A DNA stretch of 64,000 nt from Syntrophales bacterium (GCA_023229765.1 JALNYO010000001.1:228415-292414); one strand, 5' to 3'; shown: positions 48,704-59,071, counted from the first letter of the stretch. Notes: a model not told the origin generated them from the sequence alone. Made by a program: numbers and translations.

Positions 48704-49434
48704 TGAAAAAACGGGAATTGAAATATTCCAGTAAAGATGATGCAAGCGAAGACTGGCAGATAACATACAGCTCTCTGTCTTTGATTCTCGTGGTAGTTTT
48801 TGTCATGCTCATCTCCTATTCCGTGATGGATAAAAGGAAAATGGGACATTTGCGAGGCGCTGTCAAAAGGGAAGCGAACAATCAGGAAGTTATCAAAGTT
48901 GATAGTAAAAACGACAGACTGGCGGGTTCTGAGGGCGATATAGATGGTGCATGGATAAGCGATGCAGTAAATTCGCTGAAAAATTCAGGCGCGGGTTCCG
49001 ATTTTCGGGACGATGTTACTGTACAGCGGTTTCAGCGAGGGATAAGATTAAGATTTAATAGTGATATGGTTTTTCCCTCCGGCGCTGCAACTGTAAGCGA
49101 TAAGATTTATCCTTATCTGGAGGAAATCTCCAAAATTGCCGTTGAGCGCGATCTTTTTTTAAGGGTTGAGGGGCATACCGACGATATTCCGATAAACACG
49201 GAAGAATTCCCTTCAAACTGGGAATTGTCCACTAAACGCGCTGTAAATATTGTCAGATATCTCATAGAAAAGAAGGGTTTTCCTGCCGAGAGGCTTTCGG
49301 CCGAAGGCTTTGGCCAGTATCACCCCCTGGCTGCGAATGCTGATCCTATAGAAAGAAGCAGGAACAGAAGGATAGAAATTTATATTGAGCCAGGAGTCAA
49401 AATCTCTTCAGTGCGAGGTAAAAGCCATGAATAG
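48700..49434 (+). CDS. MotB-like OmpA-domain protein lacking the conserved channel Asp
   Basis: TM segment reads DWQITYSSLSLILVVVF (Ser at codon 25, TCT 48772-74) where MotB has W-x-I-T/A-Y/F-x-D. C-terminal OmpA/MotB peptidoglycan-binding domain is intact (VEGHTDDIP...NWELSTKRA...NRRIEI). Confidence 0.85.
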   Translation: MMKKRELKYSSKDDASEDWQITYSSLSLILVVVFVMLISYSVMDKRKMGHLRGAVKREANNQEVIKVDSKNDRLAGSEGDIDGAWISDAVNSLKNSGAGSDFRDDVTVQRFQRGIRLRFNSDMVFPSGAATVSDKIYPYLEEISKIAVERDLFLRVEGHTDDIPINTEEFPSNWELSTKRAVNIVRYLIEKKGFPAERLSAEGFGQYHPLAANADPIERSRNRRIEIYIEPGVKISSVRGKSHE

Positions 49435-50161
49435 AAGAGTGGATGACCCAGGTGCGGCGTCTAACGGAAAATGGCTGATAACCTTTAACGATATGATTAC
49501 GCTGCTGTTGACCTTTTTTGTGCTGATTCTTTCAATGTCCACCCTTGAAAAAACGAAGACTGCTGGCATTGCCGATTCGGCAAGAAAGGTTGTTGGCGCC
49601 GAGGCGAGTGACGTGAAGGCCCGCAGAGAGGAGCCCAAATCTATAACGTCATCCTTGCAGGATAAGGATATCGAGAGCGTTAAACGGAAAAAAGAAAATG
49701 GAGAGTCGCCTGATGATCCCGTTGCCGGCAGGCGAAACGTTGTTGCCGGGAGGCTTGAGAACATTGATGGGGTAAAAACAACCCCCACTCAAAACGGGCT
49801 TTTCCTTTCTTTGAATGAAAAATTCCTTTTTCCCTCCGGATCGGCGGATATTTCAGAAAAAGGGGCTAAGATATTAGAAACAATCGCTGAAATTTTAAGC
49901 AAGGCCAATGTTTCCGTACGCGTCGAAGGTCATACGGATGCAACGCCGATATACAGCAGTAAATACCCGTCCAACTGGGAGCTGTCCATGGCGCGCGCCG
50001 CAAGGGTCGTCCGCTGGCTGGCGGAATCAGGCGAAATAGCTCCGGAAAGTCTGTCCGCCGCCGGATATGCCGATACCCGCCCTGCGGCGCCCAACGATAG
50101 CGAACTCAATCGGCAGGCTAATCGGCGGGTGGATATTGTTTTAACTTTCCTGAAACTTTGA
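49427..50161 (+). CDS. motB: flagellar stator protein MotB
   Basis: GKWLITFNDMITLLLTFFVL contains the conserved Asp; OmpA-like domain VEGHTDATP...NWELSMARA...NRRVDI; ATG 49427 overlaps the previous gene by 8 nt. Confidence 0.9.
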   Translation: MNRRVDDPGAASNGKWLITFNDMITLLLTFFVLILSMSTLEKTKTAGIADSARKVVGAEASDVKARREEPKSITSSLQDKDIESVKRKKENGESPDDPVAGRRNVVAGRLENIDGVKTTPTQNGLFLSLNEKFLFPSGSADISEKGAKILETIAEILSKANVSVRVEGHTDATPIYSSKYPSNWELSMARAARVVRWLAESGEIAPESLSAAGYADTRPAAPNDSELNRQANRRVDIVLTFLKL

Positions 50162-50170
50162 GAGGTGAAT

Positions 50171-50662
50171 ATGGCAAAGGAAGAAGCAGAGGATAAACAG
50201 GAAGAGGTTCCGGTAAAAAAGAAATCGTCTGTAAAGCTGATAATCATAATTCTGATCGCCTTGCTTGTGGTTGGCGGCGGGGTTGCCGGCGGGCTTTATT
50301 TTTTGGGTCATAAGGGAGAAACGGATAAAAAAGATACTAAGAAACCAGCAGCGCCGCTCGTCGGTCCTCTTTGGTCCCTTGATCCCTTTATCGTAAATCT
50401 TGCCGAAAATCAGGGGGAAAGATTCCTGAAGATAGTAATTCAACTGGAACTGTCCGACCCGGCAATTATTGCCGATATGGAAATTTTGAAGCCAAAGATA
50501 AGGGATAATCTCCTGGACTTGTTGACAGCGAAAACCTATGCCGAACTGATGGAACCGGCAGGTAAACAGCGCCTTCGCGATGAGATTGTTCTCCGCTTAA
50601 ACAGTTTTTTAACAAAAGGCAAGGTGCTGAAGGTTTATTTTACGGAATTTATCGTTCAGTAA
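50171..50662 (+). CDS. fliL: flagellar basal body-associated protein FliL
   Basis: Single TM (LIIIILIALLVVGGGVAGGLYF) then FliL domain (FIVNLAENQGERFLKIVIQLE... KVLKVYFTEFIVQ). Confidence 0.9.
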   Translation: MAKEEAEDKQEEVPVKKKSSVKLIIIILIALLVVGGGVAGGLYFLGHKGETDKKDTKKPAAPLVGPLWSLDPFIVNLAENQGERFLKIVIQLELSDPAIIADMEILKPKIRDNLLDLLTAKTYAELMEPAGKQRLRDEIVLRLNSFLTKGKVLKVYFTEFIVQ

Positions 50663-50688
50663 TTTTTCAGGACAGTAGAGGCGCAGAC

Positions 50689-51669
50689 ATGGCGAATATA
50701 TTGAGTCAGGAAGAGGTTGACGCCCTGCTCAGGGGCATCTCCGGCGGAGAGGTAGAAACAGAGGTTGTCGATAAAACTGTTTCAGAGGGGGTTGTCTCTT
50801 ATGACTTGACAAGTCAGGACCGAATCATCCGCGGGCGGATGCCGACCCTGGAGATGATGAACGAGAAATTTTCCCGAATATTCAGAGGCACGATGTCTTC
50901 AACCTTAAGAAAGGTTGTAAACGTCAGCGCCATGTCCACGGATATGTTGAAATTTGGGGAATTCATGAAGACGCTTCCCGTTCCGACCAGCATGCATCTT
51001 TTTAAAATGGATCCCCTGCGGGGAAGCGCCCTGTTTGTCTTTGAGTCAAAAATTATTTTTACGCTGGTTGATTTAATCTTCGGCGGTTCAGGAACTGCCC
51101 CTTACAAGATTGAAGGGCGGGAGTTTACCCCGATTGAGAACAACCTGATAAAGAAAATCGTCCTCAGCGCGTTGGCTGATCTGGAGGTAGCCTGGAAGTC
51201 GCTTCTTGATATCAAGATTACCTACCTGCGCTCGGAGATTAATCCGCAATTTGCCCAGATCGTTCCCCCCACGGACGTGGTGATCGTGATTAATTATGAG
51301 GTGGAGCTGGAATACACCACAGGCGTTATGTCTGTGTGCATTCCCTATTCTTCCCTTGAACCCATCAGGGAAAAATTGCAGGCGGGCTATCAGAGCGAAA
51401 ATATGGAAGTGGATAAGGTATGGGCGGGAAGGTTTAAGGATTACATGATGATGGCCGGGTTGGACATTGCTGTGGAGTTGGGAAAAACCAATATCAACGG
51501 CAGGGATTTGTTAAACCTTCAAAAAGGGGATGTCATACGTCTGAATCAATTCGCGGCCGATCCGCTGACCGCATTTATCGAAGGTGTCGCAAAGTACAGG
51601 GTCGAACCTGGCTGTCACAAGGGCAATATGGCCGGTCGGATTACAGAACTAATTGCAAAAGAGGCATAG
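50689..51669 (+). CDS. fliM: flagellar motor switch protein FliM
   Basis: N-terminal CheY-P binding peptide LSQEEVDALL, FliM middle domain, SpoA-like C-terminus. Confidence 0.96.
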   Translation: MANILSQEEVDALLRGISGGEVETEVVDKTVSEGVVSYDLTSQDRIIRGRMPTLEMMNEKFSRIFRGTMSSTLRKVVNVSAMSTDMLKFGEFMKTLPVPTSMHLFKMDPLRGSALFVFESKIIFTLVDLIFGGSGTAPYKIEGREFTPIENNLIKKIVLSALADLEVAWKSLLDIKITYLRSEINPQFAQIVPPTDVVIVINYEVELEYTTGVMSVCIPYSSLEPIREKLQAGYQSENMEVDKVWAGRFKDYMMMAGLDIAVELGKTNINGRDLLNLQKGDVIRLNQFAADPLTAFIEGVAKYRVEPGCHKGNMAGRITELIAKEA

Positions 51670-51672
51670 ATT

Positions 51673-52155
51673 ATGGATCAGAATGAACTTGATCGCTTGA
51701 TGAACGAGATGTCGGCGTCGCCGGAGGGCGGAGATAATGCAGCCAAGAGCGGCAATGATGATAACCTTTCCTGGGACGATGTTCAGCAGGAAATGGCGGA
51801 ATCAAAGAAGGAGGCGCCCAAGACAGAAGTCGATGAGGTCCGTTTTGAGGAGCTTGCCGACAATCGTCCGCACAAAGGGCCGAATGATAAAGGCGTCCTG
51901 GATATGGATTTCATCCTCGATATTCCCCTCACCTTGACGGTGGAACTGGGAAGAAACCGCTTGTTGATAAGTGAACTTCTTCAGCTTGGGCAGGGGTCGG
52001 TAATAGAGCTTACAAAACTCGCCGGGGAACCGATGGATATATATGTCAACCAACGCTTGATAGCCAGGGGTGAAGTGGTTGTCGTCAATGAGAAATTCGG
52101 CGTGCGCCTGACGGATATTGTTTCTCCCGCCGAGCGGGTGAACCGGCTGAAATGA
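51673..52155 (+). CDS. fliN: flagellar motor switch protein FliN
   Basis: SpoA domain IPLTLTVELGRNRLLISELLQLGQGSVIELTKLAGEPMDIYVN. Confidence 0.95.
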   Translation: MDQNELDRLMNEMSASPEGGDNAAKSGNDDNLSWDDVQQEMAESKKEAPKTEVDEVRFEELADNRPHKGPNDKGVLDMDFILDIPLTLTVELGRNRLLISELLQLGQGSVIELTKLAGEPMDIYVNQRLIARGEVVVVNEKFGVRLTDIVSPAERVNRLK

Positions 52156-52199
52156 GTGTTTGCCGGCGTCGGACACTTTTACGCAAAGGATGATTTTTG

Positions 52200-52604
52200 A
52201 TGGAATCCGTTTCAATTATGTCATCATTCCTGAACATGATTTTTGCCCTTGCAGTGATCCTTGGCCTGCTGCTGGGGGCGGTCTATCTGCTGAAAAAATT
52301 CTTGCCCAATGCGGCGCCGGCCTTTGTTGATAATTCAATTATTAATATTGTTTCAGCGCGCTATCTCGGTCCTAAAAGCAGTGTCATGATCTTGGAAATT
52401 CTGGGAAAGGTGATTGTAATTGGGGTTTCCGCCGACAAATTGTCATATCTGACTGAAATATCAGGGGAAGAGGCTCTGGAAAAACTGAAAAAATTCAAAG
52501 AACAGAATAGATCTCTGCCGTCATTTACCGATTACATGAAGAAAAACAGGTTTTTTAACAGGCTGGAGGTTTTCTTCAAGGAAAGGCGCGGCATGAGGAA
52601 ATGA
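52200..52604 (+). CDS. fliO: flagellar biosynthesis protein FliO
   Basis: Single TM (FLNMIFALAVILGLLLGAVYLL) plus conserved IVSARYLGPKSSVMILEILGKVIVIGVS; between fliN and fliP. Confidence 0.85.
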   Translation: MESVSIMSSFLNMIFALAVILGLLLGAVYLLKKFLPNAAPAFVDNSIINIVSARYLGPKSSVMILEILGKVIVIGVSADKLSYLTEISGEEALEKLKKFKEQNRSLPSFTDYMKKNRFFNRLEVFFKERRGMRK

Positions 52605-53386
52605 CTAAAGTAAAGACGAAAAATAATGCCGTCTGGACTATGATTCTTCTGAGCGCGATAATATTTCTCATTATTATTTCTGACAGCAGCGGTTATGCCC
52701 AATCATTGACGCTGCCGAATATCAATCTGAGCATTGGTGGCACGGCCGACGAACCGGGCAAGGTCGCGGCGGTTATTCAGTTTCTCTTCATGCTTACCGT
52801 CCTGTCGATGGCGCCGGCTATCCTGCTTATGCTGACGTCCTTTACGCGGGTTCTGGTGGTTTTGTCGTTGCTTCGCCATGCCCTGGGCACCCAGCAAATG
52901 CCGCCCAACCAGATAATCATTGGGCTGTCGCTGTTCCTGACCATGTTCATAATGGCGCCGGTCTGGCAGCGGGTCAATACCGATGCCCTTCAGCCTTATT
53001 ACGAAGAGCAGATTTCCTGGGAAGAGGTGCTTTCCCGGGGGGCTGTTCCCATCAAGGATTTTATGCTCCGTCAGACAAGGGAAAAGGACATTGCCCTTTT
53101 TGTTAATATTTCCAAGGAGAAAAGACCGGAAAAACCATCCGCTGTATCACTGTCGGTACTCATTCCCTCCTTCATCATCAGTGAGCTGAAGACGGCATTC
53201 CAGATTGGGTTTATGGTTTATCTGCCTTTTTTGATTATCGATATGGTGGTTGCAAGCATTCTTTTGTCAATGGGGATGATGATGCTGCCGCCGGTCATGG
53301 TCAGCATGCCATTCAAACTGCTCCTTTTTGTGCTTGTAGATGGCTGGAATCTGATCGTCGGATCGCTTGTGCAGAGTTTTAAATAG
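52601..53386 (+). CDS. fliP: flagellar export apparatus protein FliP
   Basis: FLFMLTVLSMAPAILLMLTSFTRVLVVLSLLRHALG, FMLRQTREKD, GFMVYLPFLIIDMVVAS. Confidence 0.96.
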   Translation: MTKVKTKNNAVWTMILLSAIIFLIIISDSSGYAQSLTLPNINLSIGGTADEPGKVAAVIQFLFMLTVLSMAPAILLMLTSFTRVLVVLSLLRHALGTQQMPPNQIIIGLSLFLTMFIMAPVWQRVNTDALQPYYEEQISWEEVLSRGAVPIKDFMLRQTREKDIALFVNISKEKRPEKPSAVSLSVLIPSFIISELKTAFQIGFMVYLPFLIIDMVVASILLSMGMMMLPPVMVSMPFKLLLFVLVDGWNLIVGSLVQSFK

Positions 53387-53427
53387 TAAATGCATGTATT
53401 TGGAATTAATTGGTAAGGTGAACAATT

Positions 53428-53697
53428 ATGACCCCTGATGCGGTTGTTGGTCTTATGGCGGAGGCCATAAAGGTTACCATGCTGGTTGCGGCGCCGGTAC
53501 TGATTGTCGGGCTTGTGATTGGTGTCTTGATAAGCATCATTCAGGCGGTGACGCAGATACAGGAGATCACCCTTGTATTTGTGCCTAAAATTATCGCGGT
53601 CATGGTTGTGCTCGTGGCTGCATTGCCCTGGATGATCAACATGATGGTTTCCTACACCCACAATTTGATCGCCAGCATTCCCATGGCAATAAAATAG
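53428..53697 (+). CDS. fliQ: flagellar export apparatus protein FliQ
   Basis: 89 aa, two TM, VGLVIGVLISIIQAVTQIQEITLVFVPK. Confidence 0.95.
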   Translation: MTPDAVVGLMAEAIKVTMLVAAPVLIVGLVIGVLISIIQAVTQIQEITLVFVPKIIAVMVVLVAALPWMINMMVSYTHNLIASIPMAIK

Positions 53698-53737
53698 CGC
53701 CGCTTCATATAAACGATTGACTACGGATATTGGATCG

Positions 53738-54523
53738 ATGCGACTCCCTCTTTTTTCATTGGAATTGACAGAAGGATTTATCTTTGTCCTGATCAGGGTA
53801 AGCTCTATTCTAATGATGGTTCCTGTGTTTGGAGATTCAAGAATCCCGGCTTCAGTGAAATGGGGACTATCCTTATTGATCTCCCTTATGCTGTTCCCGG
53901 TCGTCCGAGCGGGCTTTTCGGAAGCAGGAAATTTTACCAACCTTTTGTTTATCTCGGGCATTGCCGGTGAAATGTTAATCGGCGTAACTATCGGGTTTGC
54001 CGCGAGACTCGTTTTTGCAGGCATCCAGATTGCCGGCGAGATACTGGGTTTTCAGATGGGCTTTTCGTTTGCGAGCGTAGTCGATCCGCTGACGAACATT
54101 CAGGTCACCGTCATTTCCGAGTTTCAATATTTATTGGGAATGCTGCTCTTTATGAGCGTCAACGCCCACCACATCTTCATATCCGCCATTGCTGACAGCT
54201 ATTTGCTGTTCCCTCCGCTGGGCGTTCATTTTACCGGCGCTTTCTTTCAGGGGCTGCTGATTCTTTTCCGGGAGATATTTGTTATCGCAATCAAGATCAG
54301 CGCCCCGGTGATGGCGGTTCTGCTTTTTTCCAATATTGCAATGGGGATGGTTGCCCGGACGGTTCCGCAGATGAATGTATTTGCAATAAATTTTCCTCTC
54401 CAGATCGGCATTGGTCTTATGTTTATCGGGCTTGCCGCCCCTGTTTTTGTAAGAATGGCAGCGCAGATATTTTTGAGCCTGTCCGGCGATATAAGCGCCC
54501 TTATGAGATTAATGCGCATCTGA
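53738..54523 (+). CDS. fliR: flagellar export apparatus protein FliR
   Basis: Polytopic; FVLIRVSSILMMVPVFG..., position between fliQ and flhB. Start ATG 53738 or TTG 53717. Confidence 0.9.
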   Translation: MRLPLFSLELTEGFIFVLIRVSSILMMVPVFGDSRIPASVKWGLSLLISLMLFPVVRAGFSEAGNFTNLLFISGIAGEMLIGVTIGFAARLVFAGIQIAGEILGFQMGFSFASVVDPLTNIQVTVISEFQYLLGMLLFMSVNAHHIFISAIADSYLLFPPLGVHFTGAFFQGLLILFREIFVIAIKISAPVMAVLLFSNIAMGMVARTVPQMNVFAINFPLQIGIGLMFIGLAAPVFVRMAAQIFLSLSGDISALMRLMRI

Positions 54524-54634
54524 AGGATGAGGGCAATCAGCAGGCAGCGATCAGCCTAAAGCCGCCTGTCGGAATATTGACGGTTACCGGAAATTTTGAC
54601 GGAAACTACCGTCGCTTTAAAAAAGGTATGGACG

Positions 54635-55699
54635 ATGGCCGAAGAAAAAGATGAAGGGCAGGAGAAAACCGAGCAGGCTACACCCAAGCGCAAGGAAGAA
54701 GCTCGGGAAAAGGGGCGGGTTGCCAGGAGCAGGGAGGTTCCTTCCGCCGCCATCCTTTTTGCCAGTTTGATCTATTTCTATTTCAATTCCAGCGGCCTTT
54801 TTAAAAAAATTATGTCCTTAGTCGCCTCGATCTTCAGTTCCGCGGGGCAGACGGCGATCAACGTAAATAACATTTCTTTTCTTCTTATAGCATTGATGTC
54901 AAAGGTTTTTTTTATCATGATGCCGCTTTTTGCCGTGATCTTCCTGATCTCAATTTTGGCGAATGTCGTGCAAGTGGGGTTTCTCTTTTCGTCCTCCGTC
55001 CTGCAGCCGGAGTTTTCCAAAATCGATCCTCTTAAGGGACTAAAAAGGCTCTTTTCCCTTAATTCCGTAGTGGAGTTGATAAAAAATATCCTCAAGATGC
55101 TGGTGATCGGGATAGTTTCCTATGTTGTGGTGAAAAATGAGGTAAAGGGCTTTCTGCTGCTTGCCGATCAGACCGTCTGGGAGATCCTGATTTACATCGG
55201 GCGAATTACCTTTAAAATTTTGCTTTCAACCGGTTGGGTGCTGATCGCCATTGCAATCTTTGATTATGCCTATCAGCGCTGGGAATATGAAAAAGGGTTG
55301 AAGATGACAAAGCAGGAAATAAAGGATGAATTCAAGAATACGGAAGGCAACCCTGCCATTAAGGGGAGAATAAAGCGCCTGCAGCGGGAAATGGCCCGCA
55401 AGCGAATGATGGCTGCCGTGCCGAAGGCGGATGTCGTCATCACTAACCCAACCCATTTGGCGGTCGCTTTGAAGTACGACCAGAAAAAAGAGATTGCGCC
55501 ACGGGTGATTGCCAAAGGCGCCGGTTTTATAGCCGCGAAAATAAGGGAGATAGCGGGGGAAAACGCCGTTCCGTTAGTGGAAAACAAGCCTCTGGCACAG
55601 GTATTGTATAAGATGGTTGATGTTAATGATTTGATCCCGGAGAATCTCTATCGTTCCGTGGCCGAGGTTTTGGCGTATGTTTACAACCTCAAAAAATGA
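54635..55699 (+). CDS. flhB: flagellar export switch protein FlhB
   Basis: EKTEQATPKRKEEAREKGRVARSREV N-terminus, NPTH autocleavage site (VVITNPTHLAVAL). Confidence 0.96.
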   Translation: MAEEKDEGQEKTEQATPKRKEEAREKGRVARSREVPSAAILFASLIYFYFNSSGLFKKIMSLVASIFSSAGQTAINVNNISFLLIALMSKVFFIMMPLFAVIFLISILANVVQVGFLFSSSVLQPEFSKIDPLKGLKRLFSLNSVVELIKNILKMLVIGIVSYVVVKNEVKGFLLLADQTVWEILIYIGRITFKILLSTGWVLIAIAIFDYAYQRWEYEKGLKMTKQEIKDEFKNTEGNPAIKGRIKRLQREMARKRMMAAVPKADVVITNPTHLAVALKYDQKKEIAPRVIAKGAGFIAAKIREIAGENAVPLVENKPLAQVLYKMVDVNDLIPENLYRSVAEVLAYVYNLKK

Positions 55700-55725
55700 T
55701 AACTTAAAGATTATAAATATTTACT

Positions 55726-57780
55726 ATGGCAGATGATTTAAAAAAACATAAGAGTGATGCAAGCAGCGCGGTGGTTTCGATAAGCGTGGTCGCGATTCTG
55801 ATCGTCATGATTTTGCCGATGCCGGCAGTAGCGCTTGACATCCTGCTTTCGATCAGCCTGACCGCCGCCATCATCATCCTGATGATGTCCATGTACGTTA
55901 GGAAGCCGCTGCAATTTTCCATTTTCCCCTCGGTGCTTTTGATCGTCACCCTGCTTCGCCTTTCGTTGAATCTGGCTTCGACGCGGCTCATCCTGCTGCA
56001 CGGCAACGAGGGGGTGGAGGCGGCGGGTCAGGTGATAAAGTCGTTCGGGACATTTATCGTCGGCGGCAACTATGTTGTCGGGTTTGTTGTCTTTATTGTC
56101 CTGGTCATCATCAACTTTGTCGTCATAACCAAGGGTGCAACCAGGATTGCCGAAGTGGCGGCCAGGTTTACACTCGATGCGATGCCCGGCAAGCAGATGA
56201 GCATCGATGCAGATTTGAACACCGGCCTTATTTCCGATACGGAGGCGCGCAAAAGAAGAAGGGAAATAGAGCGCGAGTCGAGTTTCTATGGGGCGATGGA
56301 TGGCGCGAGCAAATTTGTGCGCGGCGACGCCATTGCCGGAATTATTATTACCGCCGTTAATATTATCGGCGGGCTGATCATCGGCATTCTGCAGCAGGGG
56401 ATGCCGATTGCCGAAGCGGCGCGTAATTACACCCTGCTTACCGTCGGCGACGGGCTTGTTTCCCAGGTGCCGGCGTTGATCGTTTCCACGGCAGCCGGCA
56501 TGCTTGTCACCAGAACCGCCGAGGAGAGCGAATTGGGGGTAGAGCTGAAGAATCAAATCTTCAGTCAGCCGAAGGCCGTTGGCGCTGCCGCACTCCTGCT
56601 TTTCATCTTTGCGCTCATCCCCGGCATGCCGAAGTTTTCCTTTATGTTGATAGCCGGCCTAACCGGCTTACTGGCCTTTTTCATGCTGCGGTCGGCGCGA
56701 ACTGCCGCCCCGGAGGAGGCGCCTCCGGTGGCGCCGGTGGAGGAGGCGGCTGAGGGCGTGGTTCCCTTTGATCTTTTGGGGTTGGAGGTAGGGTACGGGT
56801 TGATTTATCTTGTCGATGCCTCGCAAAACGGCGAATTGCTGGCCAAGATCAAGGCCTTAAGAAAGCAAATTGCCCAGGAGCTGGGGTTTGTGGTGCCTTC
56901 CATCCATATCAAGGACAATCTTCAACTTAAACCTAACGAGTATTCAGTACTTATGAAGGGTGTGGAGATTGCCGGGTCGGAATTGATGCCGGGGTACAGC
57001 CTTGCCATCACCACGGATGTAAAAGGGGAAAAAATAAGAGGAATTGAAACAAAAGAGCCGGCCTTCTCGCTACCGGCCGTCTGGGTTACGGACGCGGAAA
57101 AAGAAAGATTGCAGATGAAGGGGGTCGTGGTAGTAGATCCGGCTACCGTCTTGGTGACGCATCTCACCGAAATTCTTAAATCGCATGCGGATGAGCTATT
57201 GGGCAGGCAGGAGGTGCAGCAGCTCCTCGACAACCTGAAGGAGACATATCCGAAGCTGATCGAAGAGGTGGTGCCGAAGATTGTTCCCTTGGGAACCCTG
57301 CAAAAGGTAATGCAGAAGCTTCTCCGGGAACGGGTTTCCATCCGTGATCTTCAGAGCATCCTTGAGACATTGGCCGATTACATGTCGCTGACCAAAAATG
57401 TCGATGTTCTGACCGGTTATGTACGGCAGTCGCTGGCCCGGGCCATTACCAGACAGTATCAGGATCCCAGTGGCAACATTACCGTCATGATGATTTCCCC
57501 CGCGGTGGAGGATAAAATTACCGGCGCGGTTCAGCATACGGAGTTTGAGTCTTTTGTTTCCCCCGATCCGAACATGGTGAAGGGGCTGGTCGGCAATCTG
57601 CAAAAACTGATCGTCTCCTTCACCGAAAAAGGACTCCAGCCGATTATTCTTTGCTCGCCCAATACGAGGATTTATCTCCGCAAAATACTGGAGAAATTTT
57701 TCCCGAATCTGGTCGTGCTGTCCCATAATGAAATTGTGCGGGACGTAAACATCCGCTCCCTCGGCATGGTGGAGTTGTAA
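55726..57780 (+). CDS. flhA: flagellar export gate protein FlhA
   Basis: FHIPEP-family motifs (KFVRGDAIAGIIIT, TVGDGLVSQVPALIVS), large cytoplasmic C-terminal domain. Confidence 0.97.
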   Translation: MADDLKKHKSDASSAVVSISVVAILIVMILPMPAVALDILLSISLTAAIIILMMSMYVRKPLQFSIFPSVLLIVTLLRLSLNLASTRLILLHGNEGVEAAGQVIKSFGTFIVGGNYVVGFVVFIVLVIINFVVITKGATRIAEVAARFTLDAMPGKQMSIDADLNTGLISDTEARKRRREIERESSFYGAMDGASKFVRGDAIAGIIITAVNIIGGLIIGILQQGMPIAEAARNYTLLTVGDGLVSQVPALIVSTAAGMLVTRTAEESELGVELKNQIFSQPKAVGAAALLLFIFALIPGMPKFSFMLIAGLTGLLAFFMLRSARTAAPEEAPPVAPVEEAAEGVVPFDLLGLEVGYGLIYLVDASQNGELLAKIKALRKQIAQELGFVVPSIHIKDNLQLKPNEYSVLMKGVEIAGSELMPGYSLAITTDVKGEKIRGIETKEPAFSLPAVWVTDAEKERLQMKGVVVVDPATVLVTHLTEILKSHADELLGRQEVQQLLDNLKETYPKLIEEVVPKIVPLGTLQKVMQKLLRERVSIRDLQSILETLADYMSLTKNVDVLTGYVRQSLARAITRQYQDPSGNITVMMISPAVEDKITGAVQHTEFESFVSPDPNMVKGLVGNLQKLIVSFTEKGLQPIILCSPNTRIYLRKILEKFFPNLVVLSHNEIVRDVNIRSLGMVEL

Positions 57781-57781
57781 T

Positions 57782-58954
57782 ATGCAGGTAAAGAGATACG
57801 AAGCGTCCAATATCAAGGATATTCTTGTGAAAATTAAGCGGGAGCTGGGGCCGGACGCGATTGTTTTATCCACGCAGCAACTGCCGGGAGAAAAGGGCCG
57901 TATCGAGGTGCTGGCCGCAATCGATAGCGGCTTTGAAAAAAAGGATCTTGCCAGGATAGTTTCTCCGAGGGCGGGAAGCGGCCGCGCTTTTGCAGCAGAA
58001 AACGACAGCTTATTATCACTGAAAAACGAAATAAGGGAAATAAAGTCGCTGCTGGGCCAGACGGGAAGAGGGAAAATTGAAGCGGCGCTGGCCGAGATAA
58101 AAGAGGGAATGGATGCCGTTATTGACCTTTCGGGTTCCCGAATTTACGAAAAAAGCGATGTTATGGCCCGGATTTATTCAGAACTTGTCGGCCGCGGATT
58201 GTCGAAAAAGAGTGCGCTCAAACTGTTGGCCGAGATCAGCGGCGCGGTTTCCCCTCCGGAAGGAATGGATTTTAAGCGGGGCTGGCTGAAGGCTGAAGAG
58301 GCGCTGAAGAGGGCGTTTGTCAAAACCAGGCAGGAGGAAAAGCGGGTCAAGGTATTTCTGGGACCTACCGGCGTCGGGAAGACCACAACGCTGGCGAAGC
58401 TTGCCGCCCGGTACGCGCTTGAACAAAAAAAATCGGTTGGCCTGATTACCGCCGATACCTACCGGATCGGCGCTCTCGAACAATTGAAAACCTATGCGCA
58501 AATCATCGACTTGCCGCTGGCGGTTGCCGACTCAAGGGAAGCTCTGCACCGTGCCTTGAGGAGATTCGCAGACAAGGATTGCATCCTCGTCGATACCCCC
58601 GGCCGAGGGGGTGATGCAGGCAGTTATTTATTGAGACTCAAGGAGATGTTTTCCGGAGAAGCGGCGCCGGAGGCAAACATGCTTTTGAGTCTAACCGCGA
58701 GCCGGGAGAATATGATGGATGTTTTTGCCAGATTTGACGTCTTTGGCTGTGACCAGATAATATTTACGAAACTCGATGAATGCACCCATTTTGGCGCTAT
58801 CTACGATATCAGCGAAAGAACCGGGAAGCCCATATCATACCTTACAACCGGTCAAAACGTACCGCATGATATAGAAAAGGCAAATCCCGACAGGCTTATG
58901 GAGCTGGTTTTCCAATCTTCATATTATGGCGGAGCAGACGTTTTACCTGTCTGA
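57782..58954 (+). CDS. flhF: flagellar biosynthesis GTPase FlhF
   Basis: SRP-type GTPase: GPTGVGKTTTLAKLA, DTPGR, TKLDE. Confidence 0.93.
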   Translation: MQVKRYEASNIKDILVKIKRELGPDAIVLSTQQLPGEKGRIEVLAAIDSGFEKKDLARIVSPRAGSGRAFAAENDSLLSLKNEIREIKSLLGQTGRGKIEAALAEIKEGMDAVIDLSGSRIYEKSDVMARIYSELVGRGLSKKSALKLLAEISGAVSPPEGMDFKRGWLKAEEALKRAFVKTRQEEKRVKVFLGPTGVGKTTTLAKLAARYALEQKKSVGLITADTYRIGALEQLKTYAQIIDLPLAVADSREALHRALRRFADKDCILVDTPGRGGDAGSYLLRLKEMFSGEAAPEANMLLSLTASRENMMDVFARFDVFGCDQIIFTKLDECTHFGAIYDISERTGKPISYLTTGQNVPHDIEKANPDRLMELVFQSSYYGGADVLPV

Positions 58955-59071
58955 TATGCTAATGTCGTCTGAAACCCTTCTGACGGCCAGCCGTCGCAAA
59001 AAAGGTGGAAAGACCGAAGCTTGATGTTTAAAAATGGAGGGACGCGCTTCATCGCGTCCGGGGAGCTGTAG

